Part shown: one piece after another, positions 53,457 through 64,000 of the stretch | How positions within the stretch are numbered: position 1 is the stretch's first letter | Layout of the letters: the number at the start of each line of letters is the position of its first letter | Source: Bigelowiella natans CCMP2755 | Lineage: Eukaryota > Protista > Cercozoa | Direction of reading: 5' to 3' | Assembly (NCBI GenBank): GCA_000320545.1 | Contig: ADNK01001386.1 | Coordinates: 225,969 to 289,968, forward strand | Length of the DNA stretch: 64,000 nt | The notes under the pieces: generated by a model | Told to the model about the DNA's origin: nothing | Seen by the model: the letters and a program-made list of their open reading frames with translations, nothing else | Databases searched by the model: none | Made by a program: the position numbers and the translations under genes

Positions 53457-56400
53457 TTAGAGTGCGTGTCTGTGGTTAGTGACTTACGTCATCGAGAGTA
53501 AAACTAAGAGTTCTTCGAACCTAGCACATCCAAGCAACATAAAGTACAGTCAATACTTTTATCAACAGATAGATAAAGGAATTTTAGTCAAAATAATGAT
53601 TCCAATACTCAACTATTCCCATCAGCGTAAATTATACGATATTCGCTCTATTTTCATAAATAGTTGGTGTCCACCGTTCATATATTCTTCTTTCACCTAT
53701 AATACCGTCATCACCTCTCTCTTTTTCTTCTTTGCAGATGCAATCAGTCCCACAAGTCTTCTATGCGCTAGTAGCTGCTTGCGGATTGCGTTTACAGCTA
53801 AAAGGTCTCCATCAGTATCGATCTCATCGCCATCTAAGGCTTTTCTCCGAGAGAATAAAGTTGTAACGGCTGTCACAGCATGAATAGTTATTGCCCGCAT
53901 GGTAGTGGATACGACCTGTATCATCATCATCATCATCATCTTCATCATCATCCGTGTATTCAATGTTAATCGACAGTGTTGTTGAATATGATGGGTAAGG
54001 AACGATATATCTGCAGTAGGTGAATAGTAAGGGCTCGAAAAACTAGGTAGGAGGAGGGGAGGAGGGGACGAGGGGATGGTGAAAGTCGTAAATTCCAACC
54101 AACCGGGATACATCGATGCAGCGCCGACGAAATCTGTGTCCCGAGCAAGGTTGGAGCCTACAACCAACAATAGTACACACACACACACACACATACACAT
54201 AGAGAGAGAGAGGGGGGGAGGGGGGGAGGGGAGCAAGTGTAAAGACATAAACACCTCTAAAATCTCGAGGAATACTAAGGACAGAGAAAACGATTATCAA
54301 ATCACAAGCAGTCTCTTCTGTTAGAGCTTCATTCAGAACCTACTGTCATCATACATGGCTTTGGTGACAAAAACGTCTCTCAATTACTAAATCTGTAATA
54401 TTATAATATACTAATTTATTCATGAATATTTATTGAGAAGCAACCCCTTCTTCAAGGAGGGAGGATCGAAGTTCTTTTAGAACCCCAAGCAGCTTTTCCT
54501 CACGTGACATGGCTTTTACCAACTTTTCAAAGACCAAATGTAAGTTAAAGATAGTACATGTGTATGTGGAGAATATTTGTTAATGGACATGTGCGTGTGC
54601 ACGTTTTATTTTGAACAAACTTAAAAAGCAGTGAGTCCGATAATGCGGAATATGAGAGAAATATCGAAGGTAATTATAATTATTAACCGCAGGATTGTTG
54701 ATGTCGCTCTCCATCATATCTGGGTCATATGTTTTGCTAACGTCTTCACGGTTTACTGCATCATCCCACGGTTCCCCTAACATGACACACACACACACAC
54801 ACACGAGAGAATATCGAATAAAGATTAACACATAGGTGATCATCGTCTTCTTGGTCTCTCCCTTCTCTTTGGAACATCATACGCCGTTACTATACTTACG
54901 AGGTAGAGCTGTTATCGGCGAGGATGACCGCCCATCCGTCATCTAACAATGATTGCAAGAAGTGGTCGTTTCAATGACTCTATGCAGATATTATTGATGG
55001 AATTTTACAGGAAGAATTAATTTCTTCATCCCCCTCCCCCTCGTATTATTTTCACCGATGAGCCTTCTCCGCTAGAGCTTACGATTCTTCGCATGGAACT
55101 GAAAGGAAAACATTTAATTGAGGTTCTGACTGACTACCAACAATAGAAAGGTCCGAAAAAAGGAGAGAGGACACAGATAATCGTTTGGAAATAAACTGAA
55201 ACGGTAATTTATATATCATAATCATCAATGCACGTAAGGACTAAATTTTTGATATTCATCGACGTGAAATAACTACTAAATATAGTACTTTGAGAGAAGA
55301 GGAGATTTATGAAGATAGAAGAAAAAGAAGGCTGAAATAGAAACACCAGCATAAATGGCGACTACGTATCGTTATGACCTCGAGCCAGCAATTGATTGTT
55401 GTCGCAAAAAGCGCAATGGCGGAGGCATGTGGGCTGGTTTCTGTTTACGGGTGTCCAACGCCTCTTTCACACTTGCTTTTATTACATTTTTGTCGCCTCT
55501 TTGTATCAATGCTGATGTTGATTTCGCATCTCTCTTCTTATCATCAGTTCGCTGGTGGTGGTGGTGTGGAAGATGGTGCTTCAGCATCATCGGACCAAAC
55601 GCAGCGGATTTTGTTGCTGTTGTTGTGCTCTTGGACGCAGCGCCGAAGTAGTCTGCCATGTAGGGAACAGATAACCGATTGTGGAAGAAAGATAGAACAA
55701 CTGGTATTGGGATGATGTGACGTACAACGCAACGGAGAGCAACAAAGAATTGAGGAAAAATTGGGAGCTTCATACCAAGAAATTAAGATTTACAAATACG
55801 GTGTATACCTCATCCGCGAAGTGTAGCACTATGTGTAGTAAAATAGTAGTAGTATAACAGCATATCATCCAAACACGTTGCTTACCATCTTTCATCCATC
55901 CATATAAATGGCGGGAGAGGACACAGCCTTCGAGCCAGGCGATTACACGGGTGAGGGCCTGTGAATAGAGAGATTGTTTCTCAATGATTCAACATGTGTA
56001 TGGTTAGAAGGTGTTGACATATTATGATTATGTTTTCCTGAGACATGCGTAGACAAACAACAAAGTAGTACCATGCATTTGGACTTCAAATTCTTAATGC
56101 AACGGATATCTCTGTTCCTTCCTAAGAATTATTGATGCAAAAGCATTTGTGATCAGAATAACCGATATGTTTGCTATAGAAACGGATAAAATAGCTATCT
56201 CTTCCACTTTCTTCTCCCCATCCCTCCCTCTCCCTCTCTCTCTATGCATATATGTGTGTGGTGTATTTACGTTTCCGTTTCCTTCTTTCTCTATACTTTC
56301 GACGACAGGATGATTTCTTATCTTTTCTAACATTCCAAATCCTCTCTCATCTGACAGATTCTCCTCCCCCATATCACTCGTTTATAATATTGTTTTACCT

Positions 56401-58614
56401 TCCTTTGGATTAAAATAGGTTGGCTTCCTCCCCATATCGTGGAACTCGTTCAGTACCCAGTTCTTCGAAGAACAAACACCAGTCGTTAAGCAATCACGCC
56501 AAATAATAGTTCTTCAAATATACAAATAATAATAAACTTCGGGATATATCTCATTCGAATGCATGCTCATTTGGGAAAACCTGCCAGTGGTGTACAATTT
56601 GCCCTAATTAAAAACGGAAGATTCAAACACACAGCGATGTAAAATTGAGAAACACGGGGAGAAATCCAACACGAATATTTCTAGAAATATGATAACACAG
56701 AGAATAATCTAACAGAATTCCTAGCAAAATAGCGCAAAGATAAATCGATTTAGAGGATGATAACTGTTGTGTAATTTTCCTACCTACGGGGTCCAAATTC
56801 AAACTCCACAGCTGCACGATAAGACAGGGACAAAAGGATGAGGAGGAGGAAGGATAAGCAAATAAGAAATTAAGGGGTGGTAGGCTGTGATGAAGATTAG
56901 AATGATGGGGTGTATTGTCCCGCTCCTAATATTCAAGAAGTCAGCCGCAAAAAGTCCATTGGTTTTGAAGTAAGCAGTCTAAGTTCTGCAGCTGGCTACT
57001 TTACTTACCAGTTCCTCCTCCTCGTCATCATCCTTGCGGTGGTCTCCATTCCCCACTGAATTAATAGAGGTAGCAGAGAACCGTCTGCTGCTAAAACTGC
57101 TGCCGCTGTTGCGATTATCTCGGTGCAGAACACTGCCTTTACTATCTTCATCCTGGAGATTATTGATAACGTCTCCTGTACCCTGACCTTCAGCGCTCTC
57201 CCATCGGGGTGCTTCTACATTGGATAAGCGTGTTTTAGGTATACTCAAAACATGGATGAGAGCAACGATTGTGATTTGGAAGGCATGTGTATTCTAGGAA
57301 TAAGTTGCTAGTATAAACACCGTTGTTGTCACTTGTAGTGCCGAGCCCTATTTCAAGAATCAGCAGCTCACGACGATCATGCTGGAAACGGGTCAGACTC
57401 CTACGTTTTATATTTCATTTTTATTTCGCAGTTGTCGCCATAATTCATTGAAGATTTCTTCAAACCGTAGAATTCTCTTGCACAATGCTGTTATGGCTCG
57501 AGACTTATTGTTGTGGACCTACCATCACAAGGGAAAGGACGAGGAGGAGGAGGAGGAGGAGGAGGAGGAGGAGGATGCAGATAATCGATAGCTCAGAATG
57601 TTGTTGTCAAACAAAGAATTACCCACTCTTTCTCTTGCAACCCTGTTTCTACTACTACTCCTCCTCTCCTCAAATCTTTGAAATTTTATATTTCTCACTG
57701 CCCTAACTACGTGCTCTTTTGTTGACCACCGAGTGCATATCGAGCTTCTGTGAGTCATTATCTCTTGTTTCGAGCTTACATGCCCATGCAAGTGCTGCAT
57801 CGGGTCCTTGCCAGCCCTGAAAGGAGGAGGGGGGAGGAGGGGGGGGGGAATGGACATCCAGAGTACATATGCTTCGTTACATGATGATGATGATGATGAT
57901 GATGCTGATGATGATGATGGAGACCATTACTATAGCAATAGTGATACTACATATTCAACTAAACATATCGTCCTCAATGATATAGATTTCTATGTATATT
58001 ACTCAATCCACCTACCTGCTCGCTCTCGCGGTCAATATTTCCAACTCCTATATCGCCACCATCTCCGCTTTGTTCCTTTTTTATTCTTACCCAATCATCT
58101 TCTCTATTATAAGGTTTTATCATTCTATTATCATCGTGGTCCAAGGAAGAAAGCAGCTGAAGAAAGACCCCTTTAATCCTACTTGCCATCTCTGGTTGTA
58201 TACCGTTGTTGCGACTTATCAGGTCGCCGATTCCCCCCTCCCCCATTGCCGTAGCACGAGGATGAGATGACATGTTAGCGCCATTCTGTTCGATAGAGAA
58301 GATAGAGAAAAGACAAGAGGCAATAACGGGTATTAGTAGTGAGAAATTTTAAATAGCGAGCTCTAATGTTGTTGATAATGGTACTATTTGTGCTGGGATC
58401 TATCGTTGCATGCAGCAATATCAATCTCGTGGTCGCAGTAGCTCCACTAACCTTCTCCTTCTCGATGGCATCAAGATGTTGCTTCTCCATCTATGTATAT
58501 ATGCATATAAGTGCTATGTGTCTATGTGTGTGTGTATAAATTTGGGTTCCAAATTGCTGGAGTAATTTAATGATAAAATTAATTTACAGCATCTTCTTCC
58601 ATAGCAGTACGTCA

Positions 58615-58656
<42 letters not shown>

Positions 58657-59108
58657 TTGTGTGTGTGTGTGTGTCATTCGCCCCCCCCCCTCCCCCCCCC
58701 CATCCGCTTCTTTCTCTTCCTGCACTTCCTCCTCATGTTCTTACCTGATCATCGTCCTCATCGTTGATTGACCCACCCATCTGAATAGATTTCATCACGA
58801 TAACGTCAATCAATAGTAGTACAACAATATATGAGGATGTGTTAATCAATAGCGAAGAATCATCTAGCAAAATAATAACCTGCATCTTTCTTTCTGTGAG
58901 AAGGCTTTCCAGTTGTCCTAGCAGATGCACATGCGGTGCCTAGTTTTAGGTATATCGAGTGTCAAGAAGAAGCTTTTGCCGTGTGTGTGTGTGTGTGTGG
59001 GTGTGTGGGTGTATGTGTTGTATGAATATCAGTTTTTATATGCGGGGAAAAAGGGATTATCAGAAACTATCACACGTTGAATATACTTCACACGACGCAT
59101 AATATAAC

Positions 59109-59153
<45 letters not shown>

Positions 59154-59159
59154 GTGTGT

Positions 59160-59202
<43 letters not shown>

Positions 59203-59408
59203 GATATAAATTCGTACGAGTTTCTCGTTGTTGAAGAGTTCTATTGCCTTCAACCTGACGCCCTTGTAGTCTCACTATCAACAAATGATTTCTTTCATCA
59301 TCATCATCATCTTGTCATTCGATCCTTCAAAACGGCCTATTACTACTACCTCGTATTTTTAGAGGCAAGCTTTACAACGTGGATACAGAGCGTCGGCTAA
59401 GCCTAATG

Positions 59409-59450
<42 letters not shown>

Positions 59451-61269
59451 AAGATAAGATTATGTGGTTCTATTGGAATTATTCAATAAGAGAATCAGAG
59501 AAGAAAAGTAAAAGGAGGAAGATGGTGAAGGAAGATTGTCGTTGGTACTCATCTGTGAGTGGCCGTCATTGCCTCCACGTGGGAAGAACACCATGTTTGA
59601 GAATCCTCATCTTTCGGTGAGAGGATTCTCCGCTCTCTCTCTCTATCTCTCTCTCTCACTCCCTCCCCCCCCCCCTCCCCTCTTCCCACACACACGCACA
59701 CACAGTCTCTCCCTTTTCTTCCCACTAATCTTGGTGTTGTGTCGTTGTCTTCTTTCCTTGCTAGTTGTGACCTATACTTCACTACTAGGATGATGATGAT
59801 GATGATGATTCCTTGGATCACAACTTCCTGGTCATCATTCCTCGTTACTACTTACCCGCAGTTATTGAGGTGAAGGCTTTCAAGCCTCGTGACGAACCTA
59901 AACGTTCTAGTGTGCAGCTTTATGTTTCGTTGCCGCTTACGGTTTCGAGATCGCTTCAAAGCCTGTGGAATTGTTTGGTGATGATGATAATGATGATGTT
60001 GAGGTTGGTGATAATGATAAAATGATAACTAGGACGATGATGACAGTGATTTCGCAAAAAAGGCAAGGAGAATAGGGTGGTCCTAGGTTTATAGCAACGT
60101 TCATCTAGTTTCGGGTAGAAAGAAGTAGTAGTAGCACAAATAACCCACGATATGGAAAAACCAAAAGGGGGGGAAGGGAAGTGAGTCATTAGACCTGGTA
60201 TAGCACTGAAACCCCTGCATCACCAATGCCAGGATTGAACGACAAATCGAGTGTTTTGACCCCTTGGTTGTACATTTGCATACATATTACCATCAGATCC
60301 AAAGGCATCATTATAGGCGAGCAGCAGCAGCAGCAGGGGGCAATGAAGTGTTGGAATCATTAATCCACACAACATTATTTCACTTAGCTTACCTCCGACT
60401 GGCCTCCCACCAATCTCACGAGCATTCTTTAAAAGCCTTTTGCGCGATATTGTATGGGAAAATAACTTAGAATATGCACCGAACACTTACACGAGCACTC
60501 ATACAGAGAAAGAAAGAAAGAAAGAGAAAAATGGAACATTCTCACTACCTTCCCTTTTTCTAGAACGTAAACATAGTGTATCAAACGAAGGAATGTGTGC
60601 CCCATCAAAGCAGTCAGTACAACAACAATAACAACTAGTGCTAACTACGTACCACCTATTACCTCTTGATGCCCTTATCTGTGATGTTATTGTCTGATAT
60701 GTCTACAAATGTCAGCGACCGGCAGCTCCCTATAAGTGTTCCCTTTCGCATGCCAAAACAAAATGATAGTTTGTATTAACCAGCTGAGAAGCACTCACAC
60801 AACAAATAAGCATTATGGAAATGCATAAAGACCACATATCCAGCTCCAACATCTCCAATTTTATTCTTTCGAATTCCAACGCGTTTCACAGTTCCGAATT
60901 CTGACCCGTTTCGACCCTAACATAGAGTAGCAAAACCAACAATCGATGAATATTTGGGAGAAGAATGTGCATGTGCGTATACTTGTGTGATTGGTATCCT
61001 TCATGCAAGACTATTTTGTGTGAGAGTTTGTCGTTTGTCCCTACTTCTACTTCTACGACTACTACTTTTACTACTACCTCTACTACTACCACTTTTATCT
61101 TCTACTACTTACCCCTCCAGGACCCTGAGCGAGAGCTTCGCACAAGGCTCTAACTGCCTCTGCGCCAGCTTCGGCAAACTAAACAACAACAAGAAGAAGA
61201 AGAAGGAGAGGAAGTAATTCCAACAGTAGAATGGTGTCACATAGTATTAGATGGACAGCAGGGAAAATA

Positions 61270-61350
<81 letters not shown>

Positions 61351-63102
61351 CTGGTTCGTGCGTTGTATTCATATTCGCGGTGGAATACCTGAATTTCCAA
61401 TACTCGGACGTGTGTGGTTAGAAGTTTCCTGGACAATTTTCGAACAAGCCTGTGCGTGAGTGTCTCACCCAATACCATCACTTCCTGCTCCTTTATCAGC
61501 ATTTGCCTTGCTTCACTCCGTAATGACAGAAATTTGGTTAAAAGATCGTCTTCAACCTTCAAAAAAAACAGATGACGAGGAAGAGGGTTAGGAGTGGGAA
61601 GGGGCTATTAGTGAGTCTACACACACACACACACACATACACACATACACATATATAAAATATATATACTTAATTATACAAGATGATTATTCTGCTACTG
61701 ATGCTGCTGGTAATCGGATGGAGGTGACACCGATCTAGATCTATCTGCAACGTAGTAATACTATCATTATCTAGTTAGTGCGTGCTGCCTTATTTTTCAG
61801 AATTTTCTTTTTCTTTATCAGCGAGTTACTATTCTGGCCGAGAACACTGCTCTTGATCATAAGCATGCTATGGCGCATGGTTGCACGCACAGCCCGGGCT
61901 GAGTCAGAGTATATACGACATTGTAAGTTATCGTTGAATATTGTCATCGTCATAGTGATTATCGTCATCATCATCATCTTCTTCTTCTTCTTCTTCTTCT
62001 TCTTCGTTTTCAAATGTTTATAATATCTTTTGCTCAGTGCTACCCACCCCTACGACTTAGACCCAGACTGGTGACAGCAGCAGTCTCTAATAGCCTGTTA
62101 AGATTATGTTGGTCACCAAAGGGGAAAAGAATAGGAAAACGGAGCCGGAAAGATACACAAATGTGAATATGCAATGAGAAACTTAGACCAGACAAATTTG
62201 AATGGTTTGTACCGATTTGACCTACAGCTTGGAATACGGAGGTCTATTTAATGTCACATGCGCAAGCTAGAATAGAGTTAATATATAATTATTATGTAGC
62301 AGTAGTGGTAGATGGTAGCCTAGTAGTATTATAACTATCATTACCAAACAGCATGGTTGAAGTAAAGTAATGCGCTATGCGGATGGTTTCTACGCATCAA
62401 CCGAAGGCCGTTTTCCTCGCATCTGGTTTGCGGCGAGATTGTTCTTGTCAGTAATATTGTGTTAATTTGCAAGTGCCTCATTCATAATTGACAATGAGTA
62501 CTCACAGGTGGATAAACAAATGATGTGAGATGAGAAAGAAATGCTGTTTATGACTGCAGTGGTAACGATATCGATGATGACGACGATGGTACCACGATAA
62601 TGAGAAATAACTCAATAGGCCTATTACGAACATTAGTGAGCAGTGGTTGGTCTAAGTGACCTGTCAAGCTGTCTTCGTCGGCTGCCTATACCTAGTTCCA
62701 CCGGGCTGCAAAACATGCCAACCTCTTCTCGATATGAGGACTTAGAAGAGGAACGATTTCGTGCTTGATCTCGCCGCCGGCCTGCAAGCATTGTATCATC
62801 ATTCAGCATCATGCCGCCGCTACCAACAGCATAAACATTCTCTTCATCCTTATGATCATCTTATTGCTATCAGTACTTATCATCACCTATTTCTATGAAA
62901 AATGATACACAACAGAAACCAAATTAATCATAATTAATGCACATGATAACCGTGCTGGTGCTTCCCATCAACGCTGCTGGTGTTTGTGCTTGGATTGAGG
63001 AATTCGAGAGCCATTAAACATACCTTGAAGAATACGCAATACGAGAATACAGACCAAAGAATAGCACTTACGATGTGCGTGCGATTTGAGTGCATTAGTG
63101 TA

Positions 63103-63146
<44 letters not shown>

Positions 63147-63598
63147 TAGTTTCTTGATTGATTGATTGATTGATTATCACTACCCTAGGTGCAATGGATG
63201 TTCTTTGTGTTAGTGTTGGCTCTCCATCCGAGCCTGGGGCTAGGTCCTGCACATTCACAAATTCATGATGAGAATGGTTATCTTGTTGATACAGATTATA
63301 TATCATATGCTTAGGCTGGTGACATGGGTGTCGGCAACCTTAAGTATTATCTCCATTGACCCAATTTGCTTCGCCTGTGGTGTATAACGATGACAACGAT
63401 ACTAATGACGATGGCGATAATCATCATGACGATACTTACGTTTACGAAATCATTCATAAGGTATTATTACCATAGAAGTGGCCCCCTCACTTGCTGTGCA
63501 TAGAGCTGAAGCCTGACCAAGTACACAGCAACCAATCTCATTCAAACTTGATAAAAAGAGTGCACGTACACACAAACTCACATACGTGCAAAGAGAGC

Positions 63599-63638
<40 letters not shown>

Positions 63639-63748
63639 AGCAAAGGAGGGATAGAGATGAATGACGAACAAAAGGTAGCCGTAACCCCAAGAATAATCCA
63701 AGGAAAAATCTTACCGCGGCCTGAGCATCTATATAGTTCTTCAGCCTG
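30208..63748 (-). CDS. Giant multi-exon gene model: TPR-like / LRR / PDZ / TPR / LRR / C2-like / Sec6; 5' end not in the window, 3' end ambiguous
   Basis: Unbroken chain of minus-strand GT-AG exons with no promoter-like spacer. Phases match at every junction tested (55378/55099, 51.3-50.1 kb, 38615/38458). Not all junctions were tested, so two or three tandem genes remain possible. Confidence 0.55.
30752..38458 (-). CDS. EXOC3: Exocyst Sec6/EXOC3-like domain (C-terminal part of the giant gene)
   Basis: Sec6-like motifs in family order: HIIQFQIKAMSR-GRDEM; VYERLELL; LVDALLHVCELVVPCFPPDYKVFSFFAER; VLLKALKWVGW; DLFWALNTMCDKV; DYLFVSVINDARRHETFADQL; DGLVLTITATLTDFFSDW; GFARLIRETLRVLV. Compared from memory with plant and animal SEC6. 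Confidence 0.85.
41790..45900 (-). CDS. Ribonuclease-inhibitor-like leucine-rich repeat block (LRR block 2)
   Basis: Exons LVSLAVDGCMLGDE; LDLAKNGLTYIGA; LSRLVLNNNRLGMQGA; RTLIDLALEYNFDI; IECLSLSGNLL; LKLNLSRNMLGEDAA; VDLSHNCFNDFAA; LTRISLRSNPLITD; LTDLDLGRCTLSDSSA all fit LxxLxLxxN/CxL. Confidence 0.85.
43786..43856. repeat. (GT)n/(AC)n microsatellite
   Basis: About 70-nt GT run with one interruption, in an intron of the giant gene. Confidence 0.95.
46268..47190 (-). CDS. TPR-like helical segment
   Basis: QRIDVYMKSGKQKEALSL and LAKMLVKRAKKMQLK|GDFDAAVRMLKMAYLHDCNNALY resemble TPR helix pairs. Confidence 0.5.
50085..50695 (-). CDS. PDZ domain split over three exons
   Basis: Spliced with matching phase-1 junctions: RKVIEFSSEEPLGFQLDGRIITDVRPESQAKRQ|GVTSGWQIELVNEK|DVTDESTFDMLAESLKDAR. 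This includes the (P)LGF loop and the PESQA..G...G..I..VN pattern. Confidence 0.75.
59820..61450 (-). CDS. RNI-like leucine-rich repeat block (LRR block 1)
   Basis: HVRVLEIQ; AEAVRALCEALAQ; VKRVGIRKNKIGDVGA; CRSLTFVDISDNNITDKGIK; RLESLHLNNCG. Confidence 0.75.
62345..62445 (-). CDS. Possible TPR-like exon upstream of LRR block 1
   Basis: CEENGLRLMRRNHPHSALLYFNHAV resembles one TPR unit; only a single repeat was seen. Confidence 0.35.
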
Positions 63749-63765
63749 AGTAGGAGAGAAAAGTG

Positions 63766-63810
<45 letters not shown>

Positions 63811-64000
63811 GGGAAAAAAAAGGTGGGTTTGGGTGGGGGGGGTGAACGTCTATATAAAGGGGTGATTTTTTGTGGGAAAAAATAGTTTTGCTTTTGTGAT
63901 TTTCTTGAGGTTGGGGATAAAAGGGTTTTCTATTTTTTTTCGGGGAGTGTCCCGCACGGGGGGGGCGTAACCCTCTCTCGTATATAAAAAAGTGACGTGT

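Noticed and set aside
55098-55378. Gene boundary: TAA at 55372 followed by an AT-rich gap and a new ATG (MRRIVSSS)
   Set aside because: A phase-matched GT-AG intron with a strong TTTTCCTTTCAG acceptor removes the stop, so continuity is preferred, though not proven.
1-64000. Hundreds of short six-frame ORFs with poly-L/V/S/T/Y/CV/HT runs
   Set aside because: They are translations of microsatellites or antisense shadows of real exons.
1-64000. tRNA, rRNA, snRNA, CRISPR, telomeric repeats, transposase or reverse-transcriptase ORFs
   Set aside because: Isolated GTTCGA motifs lack cloverleaf context, and no diagnostic motifs or spaced repeat arrays were seen by eye.

Overview
Intron-rich eukaryotic nuclear DNA saturated with microsatellites. 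It is probably from a chlorarachniophyte-like rhizarian; this is an inference from one gene with a signal-peptide plus transit-peptide leader, the standard genetic code and GT-AG introns of about 50-300 nt. I reconstructed seven genes by hand, on strictly alternating strands: URB1/Npa1 (-, 3' partial), a large U-box protein (+), an orphan multi-pass membrane protein (-), a small orphan gene (+, tentative), NOP14 (-), a putative plastid/periplastid-targeted SHOCT + WW protein (+), and a roughly 33.5 kb run of minus-strand exons. That run appears to encode one giant protein (TPR-like, LRR, PDZ, TPR, LRR, C2-like, exocyst Sec6/EXOC3 domain) and is the most striking object in the window. Most short six-frame ORFs are microsatellite artefacts. 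I recognised no rRNA, tRNA, CRISPR array or intact transposon. Exon boundaries were read by eye, so gene ends are approximate where stated.
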